A DNA stretch of 64,000 bases from assembly GCA_965655095.1 (NCBI GenBank), contig OZ296650.1, positions 23,312,001 through 23,376,000 of the forward strand, given 5' to 3'. A program made the translations under genes and the position numbers. Shown piece by piece: positions 1 to 14,419 of the stretch. How positions within the stretch are numbered: position 1 is the stretch's first letter; each line of letters begins with the position of its first letter. Below the pieces are notes generated by a model. The model searched no databases and was not told the DNA's origin. It was given only the letters and a program-made list of their open reading frames with translations. The DNA comes from Haplodiscus bocki (Eukaryota).

Positions 1-3000
1 ATCGTCCTATTCAGTACTCATCCATTTTCCACTTTCCTATTCATGTTTGAATCCTATATCTTTCCAAAGAAATTGAACACATAAAGCTTTCATAAATAAT
101 TTTATCAATTGTTCTAATTTTTCGTGCCGCTCTTTTATATTGTTTTCTTAAAAGAAACATTTTTTTTGTTAAATCGTTTAAAAAGTGGTATTTAGAAAAC
201 TTTCGTTCTATATTACACCTTCAAATATCTTAATCACTCGTCCTCTGATTCTTGAATGTCAACAGTTGTTAAAGTATCAAGGCTATTTCCCTTTCCTAAC
301 CTGTTTACTTTTTTTTCGACTTTTTCCTTTTTAGGTATGTGTTGTACAATTATATTTTCTGGGTAGTAATACTTATTCAGTTTTCCCGAAATAGCTATTG
401 AACTTTGTTTTTTTTCAATTTCCATAGGCTTTTCTATTAAATCTAATAACAAGTTAGTCATTCAAATCTTTTGTGTAAACAAAACCTGTCTCATTCTCCG
501 GATTTATTCAATCCATATCTGACAATGCTGAAAGATTTAAAGAATTCAAATCAAAAACCATGGAAAACTTATCGCGATTCACTTGTTGTAATTTCTTAAG
601 AACTGGTGAATCTGATAAATTCGCCTTTCTTTTCTAACGATATTTCCTCAAACAACAATTTTGTTTCCGTATTCTGTGTCCCTCTTACATTTTTCAATCT
701 CTTCATTTGTGAACTCTCGATCTTATTTTCCCACAAATTTTGAGACAGGAGAAAAGCCAACTTATACGGTCTCGCTTCATCTCTTTTGAAAGCTTCTAAG
801 TCGTAAATTAATACTTTTTTTGTTTGATTTTCTCTTTTTGGTTGGATAAAATAAACTTTTCACATTCACTAACAACACCTAATTAGGACATAGTTCTTGC
901 AATTCGAAGTTATTTTTAACCTCTTCAGTAGCTTCCAGTAAAGATACGCCTTCGCTTTTCCATATTCCACAGAAATGATTTTCAAGCCAATACAGACATT
1001 CATTTCTTTCTTAACATGATCTAGGCATTACTTCTTTCAGATTGAAACAACCAATATCTATGCCTACTTTTTTTACAAAATGATTGAATTCTGGCTCTAG
1101 TCAATATTGTTATTAGAGGGTTTTATTCAACATTTCTTTTCTTTCTTGCTCTCAAATTTCTTTTTTCATTGTTCTTTGTTTTCATCTAATTTCTTTATAG
1201 CTTTAGTAGAATCAATTGGGGAATGATCTTCCTTTCTTGTTCTTTTTATTTTTTCAATGGTCTCGTTTTCTTCTCTGAAAAAAATGCTTTTTCGTACTTA
1301 AATGTTCGCTTCCCGAACTGCGAGCTTTCCGGACGTCTTGATCACATTTATTTTCAAGTGAATCATCTATTGTTATTTCCTGATGCCGATTCATTTAAGG
1401 GGAATACTTCGAAAATACATATTAAAAAAATCACACTTCTTGGACAAGCTGTTGACTATGGGGGTGGGGGAGGAGTTTTCAAAAAATCTATGATGTACAA
1501 AAATCCATGATGTAGCTTCTGGATACTTCTTTAGCAAATGAAGTTTCGATTTTTTATGATTTTGCCAATCGCCTATATTAATATGAAGATTACAAATTCT
1601 ACATTTTATTTGAGAAATGTGCTCTCTCGAAGAGCCAGTATTCTTTTCTTATAATACTAAATGTTTCACATTTATGTTTCTCACCGCTTTTAATTAGATG
1701 AAGATTTCATTTTATATGTCTGTAATAACAATTCTAGTAAAACTTCCACTGCAAATATCACAAAAAAATTTCCGTAGCTCCAGTGGACATTAACAATGAC
1801 CTTTTACACATGACCTTTTATTTACACATGACATTAACAATGACCTTTTATTTGAAAAGACTATCAACTTCTTTGGATTGTACAATTTGCTGCTACACTC
1901 AAATCAGCAATCCCACAGGGAACGTGGGTCTATGACCCACCATTCGCGATGCAAATTTCCAAGTACGCGAAAAAAACCACAAAATTGAAGGGAAAAAAAC
2001 AAAAAATACAAATTTCCTATCCCCACGTAAATCTTAAATGCTATGTATTTTTTTAAACATGTTTGATGATTAACTCATTCTGTTACTTTTTTCCACAGAA
2101 ACTTTCAAAAAAATAATTTACTCTTATTTCTTTCATAAATATATACAAATTGTTAGGTGGTAATGTTTCACTCAATTTTTTTTAAAAAACTTAAGCTGCC
2201 ATTATGTTGAAATATACGTTTGATACTGGTCTAACACCAATTCATGGTAGTGCGACTGGTTAATGTCACGTAAAAGGCCTATCGTAAAAGGTCATGCTAT
2301 CCCCCCGTCTCACTAGCAGACAGTCATAGTGCATTCAATCAGATTCTGTGGTATATCCATCCCAACGGGAGGGGGGAAGATGGTTTACCGGCGAATCTGT
2401 ACAGAAACCTATTTATTGAGCTTTTTCACAGGAATGCTGTATAAAATTGGCCAGTAAAGTTTTTTTACGCAGCGAAAATATTGTCAAAAATAACCTTGGC
2501 ATAAAGCGTGTTGGTTTTTTAGTCTTAAAATGGTGTAACTTTTTGTGTAGCAAAAAAGCCTCGAAATCAGGGGTAAATCATGAATTTTGTAAGATTTTGT
2601 AGGTAAATGCAAAAGAGGGAATACGTCAATTTATGACATTATGTAGGGTAGTTTTGTAGGTAAAGGTTAAAGAGACAATATAAAAAGCATATTAATTTTG
2701 TGTTTTGGGAGTGTTTTGTAGGGGTGCGGTAGTAGTGGCGGAAAACCCGGATTTTGTGAGCGTGCTCCAGAATCCGCGTTTTCTTATACTACTAACGGTG
2801 TCGCGAAAAAACGTTACATGTAATAATTTCGAATTCTCACTATGGTCAATATTTGTCAGGAAGACATAAAAAAATGAAAATTGTGCAAGTAAAGTTGTTT
2901 CGAGACACCTCATACACTTCCCATGCTGTGCCATGTTCAAAACATTGTTATGTGCAACATTACCTTTTAGAACGCTGTTGTTCATTTTTCGAACCTACTT

Positions 3001-3075
3001 TCAGAAATTCTGAACTTTTCAGAACGCAAAAATAAACAAGTACATGCCAAGATGTCTCAAAAGGGGCGCTTTTTT

Positions 3076-3197
3076 GACCGTTTACACTAGATGATTGACT
3101 CTCTGATGACATCACAAAATGCAAGTTTTGGACAGGATAAAAAAACTTGCATAGGCTGGTTTCCAATAGAAGTCTTCCTTTCATTGAGAATGTGCAA
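3076..3197. repeat. Dispersed repeat of about 120 bp (other copies about 30430-30550 and 43230-43350), probably a DNA transposon end
   Basis: Shared cgtttac.ctagat...ttttggacaggataaaa...ggtttccaata...ttcctttca.t.a.a.tgtg; all three copies stop at the same point. Confidence 0.7.
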
Positions 3198-3689
3198 GAG
3201 AATAGAGCAGAAAAGACCATTTTGCGTATAAAGAAATTGGAAGCAGAGCAACTACAGATCCACCGAAGCAGAGGAAAGTAAATACTGGCACTGAATAACT
3301 AACAAAATTAGTCGGATGGAATGTTATTCACACACTGGATGTCTCAAAATGAGCAAAAAGACCTAAATTTACTTGCTTCGAAAGTGTTACTTCCGCCCTA
3401 GCTGCCTGTTGGTGAAAGCTGTTAACGAGCAATACTTGCTAAAAGTAAGCGCAATAGACCTGATGATGATGACGCAATAACCTGTTTTTGCCTTGCCTGA
3501 TGCCAAAGTAATCTCGAGAGAGTAGAAAGTGATTTTAGGGGTGATTTCACTGCTTCCACAGTAACCCGTACTACGCCTACTATTTTCAGCCATATTTATA
3601 ACATGAGAGGAAAATCATCCATTTTCAGCGAACATTTTTTTAACGTTTGCTCGCCAATTGTCCGTGCAGCCCAGTTTCTGAATTTGAAT

Positions 3690-4040
3690 TTTTCATCATC
3701 AAATTGTAGCAAATTTGCCGTAGAATACAATGCGATTGAAATGGTGCGATTTATCGAATACGTACGAGAAAAAAGACATGGGTTTTTTGGAGAAGTAATT
3801 GAAATTTCTTAAAATCGGTAAACGAGGCAAATTTGCTGTAGTCTTGAAAATGTCTATACCACCTTAATTTTGAGGTTTTTTTGCAAAAAAATCAGAGAAT
3901 TTCCACATTTGCAAAACTTAAAATTCGTTAAAATCACAAAATTTATTGAAAAGTATTTTTGGAAAAAAACGCCTTCTTAAAAGGCATATTTAACAAAATT
4001 GGTCGGTGGAAAATATGCCGGTGGTAACCGGCCGTCTTGA
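3690..4040. repeat. Dispersed repeat, related copy at about 17340-17710
   Basis: Both copies share caaattgtagc...tttgccgtaga and end with aaaaggcat...aaaatat.c.gg.ggta.c.g.c.gtcttg. Confidence 0.65.
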
Positions 4041-5226
4041 TCAATATCCACTGAAAAAGATTTTTGAACATTTTATTCATGGAAATAGAAATCGTATACT
4101 GCTATACGATGGAAGAATAAATACACTGGTTGCAATTTGACAGCGTGTTAGTTGTTTAGTCTATTGGAGATTCAATATCAAATAATCTGTCAAAAAAGCA
4201 GACGTGTTAGCCCAACACTATGTTTCATCATTCGGCGGTTAGAGTCAACTTACTAGCTTGATTTCAAATCTCGCAAACTCTTTGCCACTTTCTTAGGTGT
4301 CCTCAACACCTTTTTGTACCTGCAAGCCCAAGCATTGACTATCATTTTCATTTTCAAATAAGCAGCTCAAGAACCAAAAGGTTGAATGAAGTCAAACATG
4401 TGGTATTTCAATGTGAACTAGGCATAGCACCAGGAAGTTAATCGAAAAGTGCATTTGTGGAGCACCATGCACAAGAAATTCATTTTAATTTTTTTTCTTG
4501 CTTAGCTGGGCAGAGACAACCTGGTACCGAAACACAAGGATCAATGCACCGTTGAATTTTTGAAGTGTTCGGAGAAATTGAAATGCGTCTGTTTCAATCG
4601 CTAATGTTAATTAAGACATTCCGAAGTCAACATTTCTGGCATTTGCTACTGCCAGCTATGTTAATCTACTACATTTTAACTCACCCTAATTGTATAAGTG
4701 AGACATTTCTATTGTGATTGGCTTTTAGACTCTTATAATTAGTTCACAGTATATGAAAAAAGTTTTAGCTTTTGAAGGCCTTTGATGAAAACTGCAGAAC
4801 AAGTAACCAAGAAAAAAGCCCACTTATTTTAAAAATCAAAATGATCTGAAAACAATTTTCACTGAAGCATTTATTCGATCACACTCTGCAACACAGAAAG
4901 GTAAATATAAACACATAAATTGGAATCTGTCGAACCTGATCAACCATTCAACTATTTCAAAACTGAAAGCAAAACGTTTTAAAAAAATAACAGTGCCATA
5001 TATCTCTTTCATTTTCTTCACCATCTTTGGAGAACCTCACGATGACATGGAACACCATTTTCATTAGCCGAAAATCAATGCAGTATAGTTGCACAGTTCA
5101 ACTTTATCGCTTGAAGCATTTTCCTAGAGGCTTTTGTTTCTCCGATACCGCCCATAAAATTTTCATCAAGCTAATACTGGAAATTTTGACCTTTCAGGTG
5201 GGGGGGGGGGGCTAAAAATGACTTAC

Positions 5227-5931
5227 TGTTTAGGCACCATTTTCATTTGTGCGGGTATCAAGAAGTGCATACACCGTCCGGCGAGATTGAAAAGACATCC
5301 TGCTGGCGAAGGCGATAGTAGAAAATGAATATATCGACATATAAGAAGATCTCTCTCATTCATTAATGCTCCGCACATAGCCATGTACCGCGTATCGTCC
5401 TTCAAATGTTCCTCAATCAGTAAGAGATGTTGAGGCCCCGCAGCAAGCTCCGACCCCGGCTGATTTCTAAGCTGGTTCACTATCGGTACAAACACGTCCA
5501 GACTTTCACACAGCAGTTCCAGAAGACCCAACGACAGTTTTTGTTTCTGTTCCTTGAGCACCAATTGCAGAATGTTATCACAATCCTCGACTGATAGAAG
5601 TCCGGATTTGAGACACGATGAGTCAGAGAAGTATGGCATGAGTTGCGACCATGAAAGGACAGTCATGTTTGAAGCTGAAACTAAAGGCGATTGTCTGAGT
5701 AAGTCAGCGAGTCGTTCTCTCTCGTTGCTTTTGCGCTGAGTCATTTGCAGATTGTCGCAATGATATTGGAAACACAGTTGCGCTTCAGGGGTTTTCAAAA
5801 TGTCACTGGGAATTCGATTGTCATCGTCGCAGTCAAAAAGAGTACTTGAGATCCAATCGCCTTTCGTACGCACAAAGAACTTGTCAAACATCTCATGATT
5901 CTGCATTGTCTCCACAACATCGTGCCAACAG
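5227..5931 (-). CDS. RhoGAPp190: p190 RhoGAP exon (FF domains)
   Basis: DNRIPSDILKTPEA...ERDLLICRYIHFLLSPS resembles p190 ERIPFDLMDT...ERDALILKHIHFVYHP. Acceptor acttcag| (phase 2), donor ca|gtaagt. Downstream exons (GAP domain) were not identified in this window. Confidence 0.88.
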
Positions 5932-6428
5932 CTGAAGTATTAGATTTATTGACGCGAAATCTAACCTAGCACCACCGCAAGAGGCTACTCAAAAACAGCC
6001 TATTTTCAATTAACGAAGCAGAAGTTGGAAACAGCTCTCTGTCAAATTCATGGAAGGAACACTTGTACCCCAAACATCAATTTAACCACTAAAACTGCGA
6101 GTTCAACGTTTTAAACAAATGTGTTACAGGCTTCCTTGGAGAAACATATGCACATGTTGATTTTAGAAGGGCCATGTAAACAACGATAGCATGACCAAAA
6201 TATCAATTCACTCAGAAAATTACAATACGTTCACACTTCTGGACTAGGTGATCAGGGCTACGTTTGTCACATTCTGAAAATTAATTTCAGTGCGTTCATC
6301 AAAAATAAGTGTCAGCAACTTCGACACATAACAAAACATAAATATTTACTAGCAAATTTCATGTAATAATTGTTCGTATTTTCTTGGCTCTAATACATGA
6401 CTATAAAAATCAAACTGCGAGCTCTCAC

Positions 6429-7110
6429 TTGGACACATAATTAACGCGAGGGTAGATGATAGAGAAAGCTTTCGGTAAGTTTTCATAGAAGGTACACAAC
6501 TTCTTTTTAGTACGCTCTTCTTTTAATCGAGTCACATGACGATTAAACTGTCTTCTGGCAGCCGAGATTCCAAGATGTCGCGTGTAATTCATGAAAATAG
6601 GCTCTGTCTGATTCACCTCCAAAAAATGTTCCCATGAAGACCTGTAGTCAATCACTTTCGTCAATAAAAGAGTCAAGTAAGATCCTCCAACATCTTGCAA
6701 CTGTTTTTCTCTCTGCTTCTTCGCTTCAGGGTATGCGAAAATTTTCTGTTTTGAAGTTAGCTGACCTACACCTCTTGAAATTTTATCGACCATCATCGCG
6801 ACCGCGAAAAAAGGCAGGTTACAGTTGACGTTATCAATTGCAGACGTCTCGAACATCATGATGTTCTTCTTGGTCAAAAAAGACTTCTTGATTGCATCTG
6901 TAACGAGGTCATTCTTCGAGTCGAACTTGGTCAAAGCTACTACAATTGGTCGCTTGGTCTTAGACAAAGCGTTGTAAAGAGAGTTTGAGAAGCGCACTTG
7001 GCTCTCGATGCATCGATTGGGCACTTCGCTGCTGTCAATGCACAAAATGAAGCCATCTACTTTTAGTCCTCCCTGAGGCAGAAATACTCGGTGGAAGTCG
7101 TGCTCTAGTC
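6429..7110 (-). CDS. RhoGAPp190: p190 RhoGAP exon (end of GTPase-like domain and first FF domain)
   Basis: GLEHDF...KVDGFILCIDSS...KTKRPIVVALTKFD...FETSAIDNVN, followed by an FF-like W...F...F segment. Acceptor tgtttcag| (phase 1), donor aa|gtgaga (phase 2). Confidence 0.92.
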
Positions 7111-8699
7111 CTGAAACAGAAACCCCATAATCGCACTTCATACACACAACGTGCTTGAACCACAAGAAGTGTTCAAGACTATCAAGCGAGGGCGGAGCTT
7201 GATTGCTCAAAACTTCAAAAACTGATTTACAACTACTTCATACAATCTAAAGTTGGAAAAACTTGTTACACACAGAATGGTTTGACGCAGAGGTGAAGTT
7301 GCGCTTTGCAAACATTTTCACGAAAGGGAGAAACGGGAGGCACTAAAGGCTCATCAAAGAAAACTGCTCATTTGATTTTTGTAAAGGTTTCGTAATATTT
7401 TACAAGAAAAGTTTCAACTAAAGAAAAGGAAAATATAGATTTTCAATTGCAATCCTTTTTAAGGGGATTGAACTCAAGCGCTGGATGGCTACAAAGAAGT
7501 TCTTAGTCCCAAGAAAACTTTTGAATAGACGACTGAAAACAAGAGGCGCAGTCGCAATGCGATATTTTCCGTCAATGTGGCGGTTAAATATTTGGTCGAA
7601 CAAACAACAATTCAGTTTTACACATAAGCCAAACTTGGCCAAAAACATCTCGATGGAGATCTTGTCGAAAGAATTCAAGCCGATTGCTTTTGAGAATATT
7701 CAGTTTGAAAATCGACATACTCACAACATTAATTGAACCTTTTTGCATGTTCAGCTTATCAACATTCCAATCTAAGGGACACAGTCAAAATTTGTTCCAT
7801 CTAAGATAAATTCAAAAAGATGTCACCGTCAATTCAGACCTTGAAAAACGAATTCAAAAATGTTGTTTTCGAGAAGGTCGATTTGGAATAACAAGATAAT
7901 TCAATACTAAAATAACTTTTGCCAAATTTGGTCAATCAAGACTCCAAATCCGATGTAAAAGACAAATTTCATGATTTTAAGGAATGAACCATCTGTTTCA
8001 GGTAAAAAGCAATCGATTGACAAGTTGAAGGGAAAATTAACCAGGTAGAGCTGAAGAAATATGAGATTGATTTTCGAGGCATGTCAAGACCAACACCACT
8101 TTCTGTCAATTCTGGTCACTCAGATTTCCACTGAATGGATGAGAAAAAAAAACATTTTTTATTGGAACACTGCAGCAAAAAAAGAAAACTAAAGAAGGAA
8201 AAACTCAAGCCAGTATTTTCGGAGAAAGAGGAGTTTGAAAATCGACTTGAGTCCAGATTATCAGATTGTAAGAACTTCCGGCGATTTCAATGCAGGAACA
8301 GGGTTGACAATGTTTTAACCCAATTTTACTTGAAAAGTACAGACTTTTAGATTGCGATATGTAGTGGAATAAATCGACCCAGTAGTTATGAAGATACATG
8401 AGTTCGAATGAAGAGATTTTTCGATATTGGGAGTATTTTTGGCATTCTCGGACTATAAGGACCGCGATACAAGGCACGAATTCAATGAAGGTCAAATCGA
8501 ATAGTCTACCAAAAAAATCAAAGAATGAGATATTGCAGCTAGAAACCAAGTCAGAGGTTATGAAGAACTAATAGCTGGGATTGATAAAAAATTGTCAAAA
8601 CGATAGCAGCTGTTTGGCATTCCTGAACTAACAAAAATCCAATACAAAGAACAGAATCTTTGCTTTTAGCAGCCAATTTAACTCGCAGCTGAAGGTCCC

Positions 8700-9850
8700 T
8701 CGCTTTATATTTCGATGAAGGAAATTAGACTGGTAGCTACGTAGAAAGGAATGTTTGTATCTGGTGATGAATCAAAACTAATAGCACAATTTAGAATCTT
8801 CGGACTATCACAATTCTAATTTCACAATTCAAGGACCAAAACAAATACTGAATCTAATTCTGCTCCAAAAGTATTATTTGTTCGATTGAGACCTTGACGG
8901 AAAAATTAGGACTGTAGGTACAGCTAAATTTGAGATTGAATATGGAGATGCATCAAAATCGTTAGCACAATTGGAATAATCGGATCATCAGCATTCTGAG
9001 CCGAGAAGAGGATTGAAAGATTATTCCGTTGAACAGTCTCAAGCTTTCGATTCAGATTTTGACGGAAAAATTGGTCGCTAGTTACAGAGAAAGTTGAGAT
9101 AGAATAGGGAGATGAATCAAAATTGTGAGCACATTTGGATTCATCGGAGACAATCAAAACGTTGAGGCAAGGATGAGAACGATTTAATTTCTAACTAACC
9201 ATTACTGCAAAAGTTTCAAGCTTTCGATTGAGACCTTGGTGGAAGAAATTAAGCCTATAGTTATAGAGAATTTTGAGATTGAAGATCGAAATTACTCAAT
9301 GAAAAAACGTTCGATTTTTGGGAATGGCCGGACTCTGAGAACAACTGGCTGACTGAAAGTTGAATCAAATCCTTCTCTCCAGGTGGAAGGTTGCTGATTG
9401 TGAACCTCATGAAGGAAATCAAAACTGTAGTTACGGAGAAACACAATCACGATAATCGAGATCAATCACTATTAGTAACAACTTTCTGGAAATTTTGGAT
9501 TATTTTGATGCAAGGATCAATATTAATTCTTTTTCAATCGAATCTCTCTCTACAGTAAGGCTTCCAATTGACACGGATGAACTCAAACCTGCAGTTGCTG
9601 AGAAAATTCCTTTTGGAAAACGATGTATATCAATACTGATGGCATTTTTCAGAAATTTCGGACTATGGGGATTGTGACGCAAGACACAGAAGCAACGATT
9701 TTTCTAAGTAGTACTCCTTTACAGGTAGAACAATTCTGATTGGAGCTTAAAGGAATGAATTGAACCTTGTATTCTTGGAGAAAAGTGAGTTGCAACATAG
9801 AGGAAATTCAATACTAATTGCGCTTTTCGCTATTCCCTCAATCTGGAGAT
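8700..9850 (+). repeat. Degenerate tandem repeat of about 165-180 bp (about 7 units), coding-like
   Basis: Unit core ttcgattgagaccttgacggaaaaattaggactgtag(t/g)tacagagaa recurs near 8710, 8881, 9044, 9221, 9400, 9565 and 9760. Confidence 0.6.
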
Positions 9851-10184
9851 CACAGAAAAAGTTAATACCAGAGAAGTATCTTCCAACAAACACCACAATT
9901 TCTGACCCCGGAAAAATTACGGTGGTGAAAAACAACTTATACCAGAAAAATTGAAAAAAAAATTCAAATTCTTACATTTCTAATTAACTTTTAAGATCGA
10001 CTTTCAAACTTTCAACTATTTTCGGCGTTTTTGCAAAATGATTTTTTGTCAATTTTTTGGTTTTTTCAGTTGGGTCGGAAAATGGATAATTTTCGAGAAA
10101 CATAGACTCCACTTATCAAAAAAACCCTTAAATTTTGACGAAAAAACCCAGTTTTTTGGTATTGAAAAAAAGAGAAGTAATAAA

Positions 10185-10250
10185 AACGGCCGATAGCGAG
10201 ATTCGAACCCACCACCTTTGGCTTCCTAACCAGGGTGACGCCCACACGTT
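10185..10250 (-). repeat. tRNA-derived (SINE head or pseudo-tRNA) fragment
   Basis: gcgagattcgaacccaccacctttggctt is the reverse complement of a T-arm GGGTTCGAATCTC; no full cloverleaf seen. Confidence 0.45.
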
Positions 10251-13200
10251 TGTATTCATCAAGGTACTAACTGCTCTGCAATAAAGTCTGCGCGTCATGG
10301 GCAATTTCAGGAAAAGGAAAAAAATGGACTACGGAATTGAATGTTGTCCTCTTGAGAAAAATATTGGAGAAATATTTAATCAAACTTCAGGCAACAAGGA
10401 TCACCAATAAATAGAGGATATGCCAACAGTGAAACTTAGCAGAATACCTTTCTGACCGGTCTAACAATGAGCACCAGCTGGTCGTAACCCAACAGAGAGT
10501 CTTCCACTGAAACACTTGTGAAAACATAGGCACTAAGGTGCTTAGCGCAAGGCCCGCAAAAGTATTCAACCTCTCGACTCCAGTGCTGAACACATGCTAA
10601 TTCAATGTCAGAAAGCATGTAGCTGAATTCGGAGAGATAGGGCAGAGAACAACCATTAGATAACAGCCGAGGTTCAAGGTAACTATCCTAAATTGAAAAA
10701 AATTAGCCTGAGAAAATTTTGGCATTTCAAAACTCAACGGCGCTGGGCGGTGTTTGGCAAAAGGAGTCTCAGAGCAGCAAGGTTCCAAAAATGGACAACT
10801 AGGTGTTGAGTAGAAAAAATACGGATCTCGAAAGAAAAATCTTCTCAAAAAGCCGTGTCTTCTCGATAAACTCTCAGAAAACTCGACTAAAAGAATTTTC
10901 GCGCAAACCCGAGGTCACATCGGCATTCAGGAGAGGCTGAACGATAATAGCAGACAGACATTTGAGGCAATTTTCCAGGTGATGAGAATCGTAGTAAAAT
11001 ATCGCGGTGATGAGAATCGTAGTAAATTATCGCGAAGGCCAGAAACAATTGATAAAAAATTGTTCTACATCTAAAGAGTACCATGGCCAGACCAATTATC
11101 TCCGACCGAGGGTAACCTGCAAGCCTCTCAACAGTTTCGTCAGGCAATCCAGTGAGCATGATGAAAGCCAGTTCACTTTTATTGTTTGTGTAACCGGATA
11201 AAAAGTTTTTGGAAGACTCGACAAAGGTTAAGGAAACCTATTTTTCGACAATTTTCGGCAAAAAAAACATGAGAAACAATCGTTCAAAGTCGAAACTTGC
11301 ACCAAAACTCCTTGCCACATACACTGGTTGAACTTGTCCTCAATTCAAGTGATATGCATCACTTTGAGGCACGCTGAACGCGCTAGACTTTAGATAATGA
11401 AAAAATTCATTTGAAAATTCAATTTTTTGTTCAAAAAATTTCGGTTTAAAAATTGTGAAAAATCAGAAAGTTATCGGCTAAAGACTGAATGCAACTAACG
11501 CTTCATATTCAATCGCCTAACTAGTACTGGGACGCCATACATGGGATATTAGGGCAAAAAATTGTGAAACAGTAACACTTACACCCGGAAAAATCTGGGT
11601 TTTCAAATATTTTCGCCGAAAACTCGCCGGCGGATAAATTTCGGCTGCCGAAAACTTCAGTCCCGGTCATTAACGACGTTGCCAATGCAGCTAAGCAAAA
11701 AGCAAATGGATCTTTCAAATACTTTTGCACAAAAAGTTCGTCAAACTTGATAATTGCATAGGGCAATGTCGAATCTGTTTCGAAAAAAAAATCAAAAATT
11801 TCAGCTTTTTTTTGACGGAAACAGGCCGGATTTTTTTTTTCGCAAAAAGTAACACAACCCGCCGCTCATCTGAATGGTGTTCCATCCATTAATGCAAAAA
11901 TCTTAGCATTTCGAAGCTTACTGTGAAAACAGGAATCAAAAATTTACCGTTTGCCCTCTAAAAAAGCCGATTTTTGAAATTTTTATCGCTGAGTCACCGA
12001 TAAAAAATTCTCGGGAGACCCAAAGTTTTGAATATGATAGATCGTGAACCCGTCGTAGTGTTTATGCGAAAATCGGATGAATCCGACCATTAGGTGCCGA
12101 GAAAATTAGATTTAAAGAGATGAAACGCAGAGGGATGTCACGGACGGAAAGAAAAATGAAATCATTTTAACGTGTCCTTGAGAGAAAAAGCTTCGCTCTG
12201 CTTGCCTAAAAAAAGCAAACAAGTTTGAAATTTCAAATAACTAGTCTAGACATCCCGCGTGAAAAACATATCAAAACTGGATACCCCTGCCACTCAGCAG
12301 AATATATGAGAAGCGGGATTTTGATTGAGCACTGGATGGCCGCAATACAACCGACGACCTTCGAGAAAAACAACTTAGAGAGAAAGTGAAACAAAAATTC
12401 TTCTGTCAAACTAGAAATCAATGGTCGCCGCAATCCAACCGGTATTCTTCGAAAAAAAAAACAAAACTGAAAAAAGTCGGAAGTAAAAACTTTTCGAAGT
12501 TACCAATATAATTCAAGTAAACTCAGTAAAAGCGTGAAACTTGACATCCGTGTTTCACCGATTCTCCATACAACGGGATTCTAAATGAGCACAGGATGGA
12601 TGCAATCTAATCAGTAGTCCATGAAAAAAACGCAAGAGAGAAGGCTGTAACTACAAGTAAGACAAAGGGCCATAATACAACGAAATGGGGCATCCGCGTT
12701 TCTACACAGGCTCCCTATTGTGCGTGATCTAGAATCAGCACTAGATGGGCAAAATCTCACACGTAATTTTTGAGGAAAACAACTTGAAAAAGTCTTTGAA
12801 TCTTTTTCTGTACTAATCTCATCAGAGAAATGAAAAAATGTGCACTTGAAATTTTTTCAGCTTTCCAATGAACAATGCATGGATGCAGTCAGAAAAAAAT
12901 GTCTCAGAAAAACAAGAATGGATATCCCAATCAAATGTCAGCCAATAAGCCACACTAAAAAATATTTCAATTACCATTGCTCAATAGCTCACCACTGACC
13001 ACTTTATATACTTTTCCATCAAGCACTCGAAAATTAACTTTAGCAAGGAAGCGCAGTGCAAATTTCCCTCCAAGTATCCACCAGCGTATTGGTGAACAGC
13101 TAGTGCGAAATTTCAACGATCGGGAAAAGGCCTCGACGAACCTATTCCATAACATTTCCCGGACGCAAGTGGGATACAGAGGCGGAGCAGGACATCGCAA

Positions 13201-14419
13201 CAGCTGTGGGACTATTGCGCTGATTTCCAGTCGACAGTTGAAAAGAAATCTCGCGGCCTAAATGCGACATATTTACTAACAGTAACAAGGCATAACTTGA
13301 ACTTCGAAGTAGTTGGCAATCACAGATGGAAATAAGGCGTGGGTTCAGTCATCCGAACTTCCTCTGATTCACTGATTGAGAAAGGGCGCGATGATCCATA
13401 CCGGATCCATAGCTTTCGAGAAGAGCTCTTCTGACGAAGTCGCAAGTCGAATCTCCAATTTTCTAATTACATGCTACCATACAATTAAAAAGTGCGCAAC
13501 CCTCCGTCACTTCAACATCTCCGGTCCTCTAGACAGCGAGGAGTCAATTCAGTGCTTGATAAATGCAAGCTGGCTGCCGACAGTCCTTCAAAAACAATTG
13601 CTGCAAGACGCAAGGGCAAATATCCATGAGTTTCCAATGAGGAGCAAAAGCTACATGTTCAAAAACATTGAAATCAATCGACCGTGATACCCCGGGAAGT
13701 TTCGAGGCAGTCTGTTGAATCATGTTCAAACTCTCGATAGCCAGCTAGTACCTGTTCATTAGTTTCTAGGAAAAGCTAAGATAAGAGGAGGCCCAAAAAA
13801 AACAATCTGAATTTCTCGCTACAGTGCAATCTGGCTAATTCATAGAGCTCGGGATCTGGTAGAGTCGTGCGAATCTGAGGAATTACCAATCAACCAGAGA
13901 ATTCAATTCACGGCTGGATAGATGCAACTGGCTCAGCGGTCTCCAACAGAAACACTTCAAGAAGAACGCAAGTTGAGACTTCCTTGATTTTCAGGCAACA
14001 AGTCAAGATTCACCGTTAAAAAATGAACCATCCCTGCTCATCTGCAGACCATCCACGTAGCCTTTGCAGGATTAATGTTCAAGGAAGCAATGGGTGGAGA
14101 CAATGCGACCGACACTTTCGAAAAAAATCATTTTTTTACAAACGACGCCACTGAAAAAAATAGCCTTTTAATTGCGGGTCAAGATATTTTCTGGAATAGA
14201 GTAAAACCAACTTTCTCCGCTATTTAGCAGCAACCTTCAGCAATGAGTAATCGAATATTCACTGGTGAATGCGATCCGACCACTGCTCAGGCAGAAAAAG
14301 TTAGGAACGGCGAGAGTTGGCCCCCCGCCATATGCCTAAAAAACTACAAGGATGGAGTTGATGATGTTTGAGAAAAATGTCCATCGTTAAAAATTTTTGG
14401 TAAAAACTAAAAGAAAACA

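Noticed and set aside
1-1900. AT-rich region with Lys/Glu-rich minus-strand frames (possible old TE ORF or further p190 exons)
   Set aside because: No diagnostic motif, multiple stops, and no p190 similarity recognised.
12900-14300. Coding-like stretch (ORFs 12977-13261 and 13376-13687)
   Set aside because: Could not be assigned to any family by eye.
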